50,712 nt of DNA from Octopus sinensis (GCF_006345805.1 NW_021835680.1:1-50712); one strand, 5' to 3'. Positions 25,976-39,045 are shown, counted from the first letter of the stretch. Numbers and translations: made by a program. Notes: generated from the sequence alone by a model not told the origin.

Positions 25976-26190
25976 GTGATTGTATATATATATATATATA
26001 TATAAAATATATAGATAGATAGAGAGAGAGAGAGAGAGAGGGAGAAAGAGGGAGAGAAAGAGAGAGAGTAACGTGTGGCTGTACATGTGGCTGCATTTAG
26101 GTTTGCACTAGTGTATATAGTACAAGTAGATAATATATGTATATATGTATATATATGCATATATTTTATATATATATATATACATACATG

Positions 26191-26228
<38 letters not shown>

Positions 26229-26593
26229 CATGCTCATATATGCACAAACATTCACATGCATGTAAACAGGCATGTTCTATATATATATATACACACATAT
26301 ACTATATATAATGTATATGATGTCTAGCTACTTTGTGCATGCCTTTTTTTTTGTATAGTCTTTCATCAGTTGATCATTGTGTTGGGCTTGTTTGTCAAAA
26401 CATGAAACACGCCTCTTTCTCTCACACATGCACACACACATACACACACACACACACACAACAAATATACTTATATAGACATGCACATATATACTTAAAT
26501 CATATACACACAATACATATAGTCATGTATAAACACACGTGTGTGTACGTGTAAAAAAACCATATATATAAATATATATATATATTCCCTCAC

Positions 26594-26659
<66 letters not shown>

Positions 26660-26769
26660 AATATATATAAATATATATATATAAATTATATAAATATATA
26701 TATATAAATATATATAAATATATATATATATATATAATATATATATATACATACATACATACACACATG

Positions 26770-26835
<66 letters not shown>

Positions 26836-27226
26836 ATGTATGTATGTATATAAAGCGGAAACAGCAAAAGCCATCAGAAGTGTGTCTGACAAATATTTTC
26901 TATTGCAAGACAACAAATAAATCATTGGATGACAACACACTTTGGTAAAACTTTACAATGGCATCGCATCACACTCGCTGTCAGGCAAAATAGTCTGGTT
27001 TATTGTCCATGAATGCAACACACACATACATATGTGTGCAAGTACATTCTACATACAAATATATATATATATATATATATAATATATATATTATATATAT
27101 ATGTATGTATATATATATATATACACACACATATCCGTATATACATGAATATATGTGAGTGCATATATCTATCTATCTATATATATATATACACACACCA
27201 CACACACACACAACACACACTATATA

Positions 27227-27264
<38 letters not shown>

Positions 27265-27274
27265 CATATATATT

Positions 27275-27305
<31 letters not shown>

Positions 27306-27544
27306 CATAGATAGACAGATATATATATATATATATATATATACATATGTATACCTATACATTTGTAATTTTTATATCTACACTTACATATATACATACA
27401 TACATATATATATATATACACATATGTAAAACACACATATACATACGTATATCAACATATATATGCGTGTGTTGTGTATACAAATATTACAAATATATAC
27501 TTATATGAAAACACAATGTATATTTATGATATATTACATATATC

Positions 27545-27580
<36 letters not shown>

Positions 27581-27671
27581 ATAAACATCGTTGTTGTTGC
27601 TATTACTATTCTTATCATTAATAGTTGACAATAAAACGGATTTGTTGGTGAATGTAAAGTTTGAGGCATAC

Positions 27672-27804
27672 AAATCTTAAATTCTTGGTTGCAAAGTGCA
27701 TTGGTACAAACTCTCAAAGCTCCTTGAATAACTCCTGCTGTGTACCCGTCAATAAAAACATACACAACCCCAGCCTCACACACTGTATACTGGAATCCCT
27801 TCCT
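27672..27804 (-). CDS. Candidate isolated exon of an unidentified gene (RKGFQYTVCEAGVVYVFIDGYTAGVIQGALRVCTNALCNQEFKI)
   Basis: Open, non-repetitive, protein-like frame between ttattttattaaaAG and TTT|GTATGC. Confidence 0.35.
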
Positions 27805-27899
27805 CTTTTAATAAAATAATATATTTAGTGTGTAATCTTTGGGACCTGGGTGAACTGGTAGCCCCCCCTAGGCCCACAACCCGGAGGAATTGTCTTAGG

Positions 27900-28070
27900 G
27901 GTGTTTTATCTGTCTTATTTCTGAGTTACATTCCACTGGTGGCCTCTCGACTTTGCCCTTCATCATTTCGGGGTTGATAAATGAAGTACTAGTTGCATAC
28001 TGGAGTCGATCTAATCGACTGGCTCCCTCCCCAAAAATTTTGGGCCTTGTGCCTAGAGTAGAAAAGAATA
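27900..28070 (+). mobile_element. SINE A, 5'-truncated
   Basis: cgactttgcccttcatc...gggttgataaa...gtactagttgcatactggagtcga...ggccttgtgcctagagtagaaaag. Confidence 0.75.
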
Positions 28071-28474
28071 TTAATGTGTATTGTGTACACATTTTGATAT
28101 ATATATATATATATTCGTGTTAGTTCATTCTTTTTACATCTGATCTTCATGGTCGCATGTGTCATATGAAAACATATTATTCAAAAGTTGTTTTTACAGC
28201 TTGATGCTCTTCCTGTCATTAACCCTTATCTGCTTTTCAAGTGAGACCATTTGGAACCTACTCTTATGCAAAAGCAAAATATCATTGGCTGATTCAGAGA
28301 TAGAAAAACAACAATGAACGTCACTGATCAAAGCTCAAATGTTTCTCAGAGATGCGTAGAATGTAAAAATTCACATACACACATGTACACACATACACAC
28401 ATGCACACACATGCACACACACACACACATATATGGCTTTGGTAATCCAAACAGGAAAAATGGAACTTCAAAGT

Positions 28475-28870
28475 GGTGCCCCAGCATGGCCACAGTCAAA
28501 TGAGAAGCAAGTAAAAGTATACTTTTACTTGTTTCAATCATTTGACTGTGGCCATGCTGGGGCACCGCCAAGTAAAAGTATACTTTTACTTGCTTCAATC
28601 ATTTGACTGTGGCCATGCTGGGGCACTACCTTGAAGAGTTTTTAGTCAAACAAATCAATCCCCAGGGCTTACTTTTTTAAACCTGATACTAATTTTATCA
28701 GTCTTTTTTGGTGACTTGCTAAGTTACAGGGGATGTAAACACACCAACACCAGTTATCAAGCAGTGGTAGGGACAAACACAGATACAGAGACACACATAG
28801 ATATATACAAATATATACATGTCAGGCTTCTTTCAGTTTCCCTCTACCAAATCCACTCACAAGGCTTTTA
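28475..28870. mobile_element. SINE B tails in a palindromic tail-to-tail arrangement, followed by a minus-strand SINE B body
   Basis: aagtaaaagta|tacttttactt palindromes at 28509-28530 and 28570-28591. Confidence 0.8.
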
Positions 28871-28959
28871 TCTGTCTGTGGCAGTATTTACAAAGTGATT
28901 GAAGGACCAAGAGTCTCACGCATTGGGAATTACCAAACTGGCTCCAAATTAACAGGTCT

Positions 28960-29140
28960 ATCTCAGTATCCGCTCAGTCGAAGTCGACTCTCGGTCACTC
29001 GTTGGATCAGTGTCCTCCAGTCAGTTCTATCCTGGGCCGCTTCTTTCAGATTGGCTATGTCCATTCCGGTATCACTCTTGATGGTGTCAAGCCAGCGGGT
29101 TCTTGGTCGGCCTCTTCCTCTCTTGCCAATGACCATTCTA
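28960..29140 (-). mobile_element. RTE/BovB-like LINE 3' end of ORF2
   Basis: GKRGRGRPRTRWLDTIKSDTGMDIANLKEAAQDRTDWRTLIQRVTESRLRLSGY* parallels the BovB C-terminus (GKRRRGRQRMRWLD...DREAWR...V.KSRTRLSD*). Confidence 0.85.
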
Positions 29141-30489
29141 CCCCTAACCAAACACAAAACACACACACACATACACGACAGGCTTCTTTCAGTTTCCGTT
29201 TCCCAAATCTATTCATGGAGCCACATAAAATCACCCATGCTGGTTCCACAGTAAAAGCACCCAGTACACTTTTTAAATCAGTTGGCATTAGGAAAGGCAT
29301 CCAGCTGTAGATACCATGCCAGGACAGACAAATGGAAGCTGGGCGGATCTTCAGCTGCCCAGTTCCTGTCAAAGTGTCCAACTCATATAAGCCTGGAGAG
29401 CGGATGGCTATATGATGATGATGGTGATGATGGTGATGATGATACATATTATTTGATAAGAATAGTGTTGACAGTGACTTAGCAGTCTGATGAAGACTAA
29501 GCAAGCCAAACCTTCGAAATCACTATCATCACTCTTTTGGTCATAAAACGATAAATATGTACTCAACAAACTGACCAATTCGTCATTTTAATATAAAATT
29601 GCCTTTAGAAAACTCAACAAAAAACCAAACATTACGACACACACATACATATCTACACATTTACAAACACACACATTTCTTATTCCATTTATTATTATAT
29701 ATTTTTCATAACTTTTTCAATATTTTATTATTATTTTTATGGGTTTTTTTTTTTTTTGCTATTTTTATTATTTTTACTCCCATTTTCCAGCCTGCAATTA
29801 GAATCCCTGCTTTCCAGTTCCTACCTCCCATCCTGTCATCCAAACTCAACAATCTTCAGAGAGATTTTTTCCTACCTCTTTGTTTAATTATTACATTACA
29901 CATTCAATAATCAATTTTTAATTACATAATTCTTAAATTATGAAAATTTTAATTACCTAATTCTTATTGTACCTTGTTAATTCTACCGTACATATATCTG
30001 CATATGAACATATCTATATCTATATCTATCTATATATATATATATATATAGATATATATATTATATACTCACATTTAATGTGTATTAATACAATAATGGG
30101 CAGTGTAATCTTATGCCTATACACACATACATGCACATACATGGGTATATAATATACACACACACATATACGCACATCTATGTGTGTGTGTTTGTATCTG
30201 TATATATCTGTCTATATTTGTGCGAGTGTCTAGGAAGATGTAATTTTGTCTTAGGGCGCATGTGTGAATGTGTGTATATGTGTACACACCTCTTTGTGTA
30301 TTGATAAGCACACAGATCACTAGAGATAAATTAACAGACAGATTTGCAGTGAGATATATATGAATAGAAACGTGTGTGTGTGTAAGCATAATTATGTAAG
30401 CATTTATGTATATATATAGATATATGCATGAATAGAGATGGAAATGTATATGCATATATATGAATGCTCCTGTGTGGGTTTATGTGGTC

Positions 30490-30522
<33 letters not shown>

Positions 30523-30950
30523 TTTGTGTATATATTTATTTATGTATTCATGTATGTATTTGTGTATATATTTATTTATGTATTCATGTATATAAAAGTA
30601 AAGACGATTCTATAAAAAAATGGATATGACAGACACAGATATGAGACAAATGGTGAGATCCAGAACTAGAGAAGACATCATCACCCATACGACCATGGTG
30701 AAACAAATATTAAAATGGTAGAAGAGGTAATAAGAGGCCAAGATCTTCAAAGACTTTTGTCCATTATGTCCTTGTAATGTCTCCCTCCACTGCCCAAAAA
30801 TCACATCTTCAACACCTTCTCAACTCTTTTTTCTACCCACCCTCTTAATTATTCGCTGGACCATGCTGCCTACATAATAAGGCCGGCAAAATGTGCATCT
30901 GTCATAAACTATTAAACACCATCGCCATCACCATCATCACCAGCAGCAGT

Positions 30951-31325
30951 GGAAGCGCAATGGCCCAATGGTTAGGGCAGCGGACTTGCGGTCGGAGGAT
31001 CACGGTTTCGATTCCCAGACCGGGCGTTGTGTGTGTTTATTGAGCGAAAACACCTAAAGCTCCACGAGGCTCTGGCAGGGAGTGGTGGCGACCCCTGTTG
31101 TACTCTTTCACTCCAACTTTCTCTCACTCTTTCTTCCTGTTTCTTGTCCCCTACTTCCTACGCAACAGCTGAGCCTGGATGCGCATTCATCCATCCATCA
31201 ATGCTCTCGGTGACGGGGGTTGACCTGCTTTCTCTTCTGCGGATCTTACGAATAGCAAAGGACCACGTTTCGGACTTCTCCCACTAGTGACGAAGACCGC
31301 TACGCTCAACAAACAAACAAACAAT
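30951..31325 (+). mobile_element. SINE family D with an alternative 3' tail ending in (AAAC)n
   Basis: A box tggcccaatgg; B-box-like ggtttcgattccc; body shared with 8815-9103. Confidence 0.85.
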
Positions 31326-31339
31326 CACCAGCAGCAGCA

Positions 31340-31961
31340 GTGTTGTTTTAATGTCCACTTTTCCATGCTTGCATGGATCAGGTGGAATTCATTGAGGCAA
31401 ATTTTCTACAGCTGGATGCCCTTCCTGTCACCAACCATCACTTGTTTTTGTGTAAGGTAGTATTTCCCCCAAGACCAGAGGTGTTTTCACTGTGACACTT
31501 ATGACTGTCACATGATGTGAGGACAGGGAGGCGCAAACACACACATCTACACACACATCTGCATACACATACATATACACACATATACATACACATATCT
31601 ACACACCACACACATCTGCACACACACACATATACACACATATACATACACAAATCTACACAAACACACACATCTACACACACACACATTTACACACATC
31701 TACACACACACACACATATACACACACATATCTACACACACACACACACATATACACACAAACACACACACATACACACAACTACACTCACTCATATATA
31801 TACGACAGGCTTCTTTCAGTTTCCATCAATCAAATCCACTCACAAGGTTTTGGCCAGCCTGGGCCTAAAATAGAAGACACTTGCTCAAGGTGTCACAGAG
31901 TGGAATCGAACCCTATAGCACTTGGTTGGAAAATGTGCTTCTTAACCACACAGCCACTCCA
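31340..31961 (-). mobile_element. SINE B head plus (CA)n plus RTE-type tail
   Basis: Head at 31803-31961; tail motif tttctacagctggatgcccttcc at ~31405. Confidence 0.7.
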
Positions 31962-32178
31962 GAGATTTAAACATGCTGGGTTCAAATCCTACCAAGTTCA
32001 ACTTTACCATTTATTCTTCCAAGTGTCATAAAATAAGGATCAATTCAAGCACTTTGCCTCTACCCTCCCAAAAAGTTAGGGGTTTCTAACAGACAACACT
32101 ATCTTTGTAACAGTAAACCCCTTCAAAATCTATAATCATTGGTTTCTTTTCACAGAAAAACACAGAAATAGTTACGAT

Positions 32179-32309
32179 TCAAAGAATAAGAAGAAAAACT
32201 GTTGCATGCCGAAAGTTCGAACGATTGGCGCTAAGATGTCCCAGATGATCAAATCTTCTCTCCCTACTCTTAACATCATCATCATCATCAACACTGCTAT
32301 CACCATGTT
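32179..32309 (-). CDS. Candidate exon ((E)HGDSSVDDDDDVKSRERRFDHLGHLSANRSNFRHATVFLLIL*)
   Basis: Acceptor tattctttcatgcAG at 32311-32310; locally CpG-rich. A second open frame ends at a GTAACT donor, so the frame is ambiguous. Confidence 0.3.
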
Positions 32310-32422
32310 CTGCATGAAAGAATACAGATTTCAGCAAAAACTTAATAGGATTATAGTGGGGGGTTTGGAAGTGGGGGTGATGATGACAACGACGCTGATG
32401 ACGATAGCGGTAACTGCGATAA

Positions 32423-32456
<34 letters not shown>

Positions 32457-33147
32457 GGTGGTGGTGGTGGTGGTGAGGAGGAGGAGGAGGACGAGGATGA
32501 GGGGGCGATGGCAGTAGTGGTCAGGATAGTGTTGGTGCTGTTGTAAGTGTTGCTAGGTGGCGATGGTAGTGGTAAGAGTGGGAGCAGTCATGATAGCACT
32601 GCTGATCTAGACAGTGTTGTTGTTATTGCTGTTGTTGATGTTGTTATTGTTGTTGTTGGTGGTGGTGGTGGTGGTCATGGATGGTGCTGGTTTCCTTACT
32701 GGCCACGTTGCCAAGTTTGGAAACTATTATGTTTAAAAATATATTCTAGAAAATTTCTTCCAATGGAAATGGTGTTACAGGGATTTAGGCCAACAAAGGA
32801 GAGCATAACAAGAATTTGATGAAACAAAAATAAACAGGGAGGCAGAGATGGCGATGATGTTGTATAACATCAATAACAACAACAACAACAACAACAATAA
32901 TAATACAGCAACCCCCTCATCAATCTCGCCGTCCAAACCTAAAACCCAATATATTTCCTCCCCTCTCTTCCTTCACTTTGTCTTCTTCCTCTCCCCTTCA
33001 CATCCCATGGCTAGCAGTGATAGAGCTTCCTATTTGGTCACTAGATCTGCTAAAAATAGCAGCAAAATCTCCCTCAACTACAACCCCAAGCCAACAGCCA
33101 CAGCCTTATAAGTGGATTTGGCAGACAGAAATTGAAAGAAGTCCATC

Positions 33148-33189
<42 letters not shown>

Positions 33190-33344
33190 TATATATATAC
33201 ACACACACATATATGTATATATACACACATATCTATATACATATACACAAATAATATATATATACATACACACACTATTATATATATATAGTATTAATGA
33301 CATGGGACTTACACATGTTTCAATTACAGTGACTATCCCTATAA

Positions 33345-33375
<31 letters not shown>

Positions 33376-33436
33376 GGCGGTGCCCCAGCATGGCCACAGC
33401 TCAAGAGCTGAAACTGGAAAACATAAACAAACATAA

Positions 33437-33482
<46 letters not shown>

Positions 33483-33491
33483 ACACACACA

Positions 33492-34035
33492 GGTGCAGGT
33501 ATGGTCAAGTTGTAAGAAGCCTGTTTCCAAACCATATGGTTCCAGCTTCAGTCCCACTGTGTGGCACACCTCAGGCAATTGTCTTCTATTGTAGCCTTGG
33601 GTCGACCAAAGCCTTGTGAATGAGTTTGGTAGATGGAAACTGAAAAGAAGCTTGTCGTATATGTGCATGCGTGCGAGTGTGTGTGATTCTTAATGAATCC
33701 TTCAAACTAAAGTGTGTGTGTGCACATATCTGTGTGTGTGTATGTATGTGCACATATCAGTGTGTGTGTGTGTGTGTGTGTGTGCTTGTGTCTCCTTGTC
33801 TTGGCATCTCGTAATAGTTGTAAATGAGTGTCACTCTCATACAAGCAGTGCCATTCATTACCAATATTCTGTGGAAACATGTCTGCTCATAGAGAAATAT
33901 AACTTTGCTTGGAGACAATTAAGGGTTTGCAACAGGAAGGGCATCCATCCATCCATATAAAACATGCATCAATAAACTCCGTCCGCCCCTTGAGTGCATG
34001 GAAAAGCAGATGTTAAATCAATAATGATGATGAAA
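33492..34035 (+). mobile_element. SINE B head plus (TG)n plus RTE-type tail
   Basis: Head 33492-33660; tail aggaagggcatcc...gcatggaaaagcagatgttaaatc...gatgatga. Confidence 0.7.
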
Positions 34036-34205
34036 TTTCGAAACAAATTCAATGAATGTAAAAAAAATATTAGTAAACAAACATCATTAAGAATTCAAAA
34101 TGTTTATTTTTCTATCTTTAGAAAAAGATATAAAAATGAAAAAGCACAGAAACAGACACAAACGCCAATTGAGAGTCTTTCGGTAAAAATCCTGCGTACT
34201 TTTAC

Positions 34206-34299
34206 CATTGCAGGGTTGTTTCCAATAGAACAATGTAATGAAGTGGATCTGAAACTCCAAGTGACAGCGAAAAAGCTGAATGGAACCAAAGAAAATGGT
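34206..34299 (-). CDS. Candidate 94-nt exon, frame undetermined
   Basis: Strong acceptor ttttttttcttcttcttctttaAG and donor ATG|GTAAAA; all three frames are open. Confidence 0.3.
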
Positions 34300-34597
34300 C
34301 TTAAAGAAGAAGAAGAAAAAAAACAACGACACAGATGAAAAATCCCACGGAAATTGAAAGAGACACATTTCCTGAGTAAAAGCCATTCTTAGCCCCACTC
34401 CTAACCCCAACCCAGTACAGTTGGTTTTGTTTTTTGTTTTTTTTTGTTTTTCTTTGAAATTCCCTTAAATTCAACCTTATTTATTTATTTATTTATTTAT
34501 TTATGTAGTGGTTTTGTTTTGCTTTTCTTTGTGTTTTCCATTTTTATTTAATCTTTGTTGATACTGTAGTGTTTTTGTATTTCCAGAATAAGAGAAT

Positions 34598-34617
34598 TAG
34601 AAGCTGAGCAAGAAAAC

Positions 34618-34664
<47 letters not shown>

Positions 34665-35008
34665 CATCATCATCATCATCATCACCATTTTTGCCATAGG
34701 CACAAGGCCTGGAATTTGTGAGAAGGCAGATAGTTGATCACTTAGACCCCAGTATTTCACTGGTACTTACTTTATCAAACCCCACTTGATGAAAGGTAAA
34801 GTGCAAAGTGCTCCTAAGAATTTTGCTCAGTATGCTCCTGATACTGCCAGCGCGTTGCCTAATAATAATAATATAATAATGATAATAATAATAATAATAA
34901 TAATAATAAAATAATAATAATAATAACATAAGGATAATAATGATGATAATAATTATAATAATAATAATAAAAATAATAATAATAATAATATAATAATAAT
35001 GATGATAA

Positions 35009-35040
<32 letters not shown>

Positions 35041-35330
35041 TAATAATAATAATAATAATAATAATAATAGAATAATGACAATAATAATAATGATAATAAT
35101 AATAATAATAATGATAATAATAATAATAATGATAATAATAATAATAATAATAATAATATATGATAATACTAATAATATGATAATATAATAATAAAATAAT
35201 AAGAAAATAATAATAATGATGATAATAATAATAATATAATAATAATAATATAATGATAATAATAATAATCAAAATAATAATAATAAATAATAATAATAAT
35301 AATTGATGATGATGATAATAATAATAATAA

Positions 35331-35372
<42 letters not shown>

Positions 35373-35575
35373 CCTTTCTACTAAAGGCACAAGGCCTGAA
35401 ATTTGAGGGGAGAGGGTTAGTTGATTACATTGACCCCAGTACTTGACTGGTACTTATTTAATTCACCCTGAAAGGGTGAAAGGCAAAGTCGACTGGTGGC
35501 ATTTGAACCCAGAATGTAGCAATGGGCAAAATACCATTAAGCATCCCATCCATCGTGCTAACAATTCTGTCAATA
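34598..35575. repeat. ~800-bp degenerate (TAA)n tract hosting two minus-strand SINE A copies (34688-34858, 35372-35575)
   Basis: Direct. Confidence 0.9.
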
Positions 35576-36264
35576 AAAGCAGTAGCAGTGGTAGTGGTCA
35601 TAATGATGGTGGTGGTGGTGGTGGTGGTGGTGGTGATGATGGAGGTGGACGCAGTGGTGAAGATAGTGATGGCAGGGAGGGGGTGTGTTGATGATGATGA
35701 AATTGATGACAGTAATTGGTGTCATTTGCCTTGAAGGTAACAAATGGGAGAGGGTGGTGGGGTGACATTACATGAAAACAGCAGGGTGGGGTGGTGGGAA
35801 GAAAACAAATAAAAACAAGCATAGAAAACGAAAGTATAGGAAGACAGCAAAGTGAGATGCCTTAATTAGAAGAGAAACCCTTATGTGTCAATCAAAGGTC
35901 CCTACAGACCCAAGATTATGCTGATTGCCAAAAGCCAGTGCCCTTCCTCAGATGTATTCAGCTACATACTGAGAATATACCCCTAACCCTTACACAGGTC
36001 ACATTCAACACTCACCCACCCTCAGCAAATTTACTTAAGAGCTGCATCTCCGCTCTCTGCTCTCACTCTGCCAAGTAGATCTTGAGGAATATAATAAGGG
36101 CTTCACTGAAGATAAAGCTCTCTTTCATCAGAGCTACCCAACATACAAATTAGACAGTCCTTCACAGATAAAACATGATAATGAAGTAATCCTTGTAAAG
36201 GAGTTGGCTGTTCGTCAGATCTGTGACAGGTAGACATGCGCAGTTCTCTCACTCAACAACAATA

Positions 36265-36485
36265 ATCCTTTCTACTAAAGGCACAGGCCTGAAATTTGGG
36301 GGCAGAAGCGGGGTCTAGTTGATTACATCGACTCCAGTGTTTCACTGGTACTTAATTTATTGACCCCCCCGGAAGGATGAAAGCAAAGTCAACCTCAGTT
36401 AAACTTGAATTCAGAACACGGCGACAGGTGAAATACCCTAAGTGTTTCATCCAGCATACTAATGATTCTGCCAGCTTGCTACTTT
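36265..36485 (-). mobile_element. SINE A
   Basis: Family A core, flanked by (TAA)-like repeats. Confidence 0.8.
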
Positions 36486-36526
36486 AATAATAATAATGAT
36501 AATAATAATAATAATAATAATAATAA

Positions 36527-37078
36527 TGCCCTAATGCAGTACCAGGCAGTGGGTTTCGTGGCTTCTGATCTTAACTGATTGGAAGTTTTATCATGTACAT
36601 GTTTTGTCTTGGTATAAAAGATGGGCTACAGCAAATATTCTGCTCAATACCACAGATTTGCTTGTCAGTTGTTTGACCTTAACCAGTTGAGCATGTCCCT
36701 TAGTGGCTGACGATATGTGCATCTCTGATCATGAGCAGAAGTAGTGGGGGAGCATCATAGCCATGTGTTGAGAGGGATTCTTTGGGGTTTGAATAATTCA
36801 CCTCTGGAAACATGGGTGGTTCTTTCAACATCCTTAAACAACCTTATCAGGGACCTTTTGAGCGGGATGGGCTACTCAACCTGAAGAAATTTCTAACTGG
36901 GCCCCACCTGCAAGGTCATGTGCTGTTTATCTTGATATGAGATCACCATGTCGCGCACATATGGTTTGATGCAATGTGCCTGGTGTACCCTTATCAGATG
37001 GGTAGTCATGATGGGTATATTGGGCTTGGATATTTTTACCCCAGTGTCACTTTGATGGGATGAACTGCTCTCTCACTC
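36527..37078 (+). mobile_element. Element F, copy 2 (complete)
   Basis: Same termini as copy 1; (TAA)n on both sides. Confidence 0.85.
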
Positions 37079-37103
37079 AATAATAATAATAATAATAATG
37101 ATA

Positions 37104-37718
37104 GCCCTGATGCAGTACCAGGCAGTGGCTCTCATGGCTTCTGATCTTAACTGATTGGAAGTGTTATCATGTACATTGTTTTGTCTTGGTATAAAAGATG
37201 GGCTACAGCAAATATTCTGCTCAATACCACAGATTTGCTTGTCAGTTGTTTGACCTTAACCAGTTGAGCATGTCTCTTAGTGGCTGACGGTATGTGCATC
37301 TCTGATCATGAGCAGAAGTAGTGGGGGAGCATCATAGCCGTGTGTTGAGAGGGATTCTTTGGGGTTTGAATAATTCACCACTGGAAACATTGGAGTTTCG
37401 TTCAACATCCTTAACCCTTTAGCATTTAAACCGGCCATATCCGGCCAAAAGTATTCTGCCTGTTTTATGGTCAAAATGGTCAGATCTGGTCTCTCACACC
37501 AACCCTACAATGTTGTTTTAAAAATTAACAGCTACCTCATCAAAATCTCATAGCTACAAGATAATGCATGATTAATTCAAAACAATGTGGATGAAAAAGC
37601 TTTAATTTTGGCAGAATAATGCGAACACTAAAGGGTTAAACAACCTTTATTCAGGGACCTTTTGTGAGGTATGGGCTACTCAATCAGAAGAAAATTCTAA
37701 CTGGGCCCCACCTGCAAG
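37104..37718 (+). mobile_element. Element F, copy 3 (interrupted by a MITE, 3'-truncated)
   Basis: Homology to copy 2 resumes immediately after the insertion. Confidence 0.85.
37415..37635. mobile_element. piggyBac-type MITE, 221 bp
   Basis: TTAA|CCCTTTAG...CTAAAGGG|TTAA. The paralogous site in copy 2 has a single TTAA (catccttaaacaacc). Confidence 0.9.
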
Positions 37719-37724
37719 TTCAGT

Positions 37725-37915
37725 GCAAGGTCAAAAGTTTTGGAGGAGAATGTAAGTTGATTGCATTGACCCCAATATTCAGCTTGTACTTATTTTAAGG
37801 ACCCAAAACAAAAAAGGGATGAAAGGCAAAGTTGACCCCAGTAGAATTTGAACTCAGAACATAAAGACTTAGCAGCATTTTGTCCAACGTGCTAATGATT
37901 CTGCCACCTCTCGGC
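37725..37915 (-). mobile_element. SINE A
   Basis: Family A core followed by (TAA)n. Confidence 0.75.
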
Positions 37916-37927
37916 CCAATAATGATG

Positions 37928-37972
<45 letters not shown>

Positions 37973-38035
37973 GTGTTGATGATAATCATGAGAAGAAACA
38001 GAATAGTTTCTTCCAACAATAATCATGTTTATTAC

Positions 38036-38081
<46 letters not shown>

Positions 38082-38230
38082 GTGGTGGTGTTGATGATGA
38101 TGATAATGGTTAGGAAAAAAGAAGATAATTAATGAAATTTGAAATGAGAGTTGAATGGAAAAAATCCAGATAATGAGAAAAAGAACCAAAATAAATTGTT
38201 ACTCACTTTATTTTACGGATTGAGTACAGA

Positions 38231-38240
38231 AATGTACCTC

Positions 38241-38271
<31 letters not shown>

Positions 38272-38323
38272 GTGTGTGTGTGTGTGTGCGCGTGTGTGTG
38301 TGTGTGTGTGTGTGTGTGAGTGT

Positions 38324-38357
<34 letters not shown>

Positions 38358-38520
38358 GTGTGTGTGTGTGTGAGTGAGTGTGTGTGTGTGTGAGTGAGTG
38401 TGTGTGTGTGTGTGAGTGTGTGTGTGTGTGTGTGAGTGAGTGTGTGCGAGTGAGTGTGTGTGTGTGTGAGTGTGTGTGTGTGTGTGTGCGTGAGTGTGTG
38501 TGTGTGCGCGCGCGCATGTG
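38231..38520. repeat. (TG)n/(TGAG) microsatellite
   Basis: Direct. Confidence 0.95.
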
Positions 38521-38999
38521 TGTGTGTATGCACATATATTGATACATGTACCTCCGCATACAAATACACGTTTGCATGTTCATATGTACACACATTCACA
38601 CACAGGCAAACATATACAGACACACATACAAATACAAGTTTGCATGCACATGCACACACACACACACAGAGTCTTTCTATATGTATACACACATACACAA
38701 ACACATATACAGGCATGTACACAAGCACACAATTATATGTAGGCATACACATGGAAATATAGTCTCATATACACACACCCATTGCATACACATACATGCA
38801 CACTCATACATGCACAAATATACATACACACATACACATACACACACACACACAAGCTTTTAAAGATAATTATGGTGAGGTAAAATAAAATAATAAAAAC
38901 AATAATCTAATGACAAAAAAATATAAACATCATCATAGTTGGATGGTTGAAGAATGGTGGGAGAAAGAAGAGGAGACATTTGAGAAGAAGAAGAAGAAG

Positions 39000-39032
<33 letters not shown>

Positions 39033-39045
39033 AACAACAACAACA

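Noticed and set aside
29483-29526. Second hammerhead-like CTGATGA...GAAA
   Set aside because: Stem II barely pairs and stem III/cleavage triplet is missing.
31262-31300. GAAACGT with a short stem on the minus strand of the SINE D tail
   Set aside because: No CUGANGA core.
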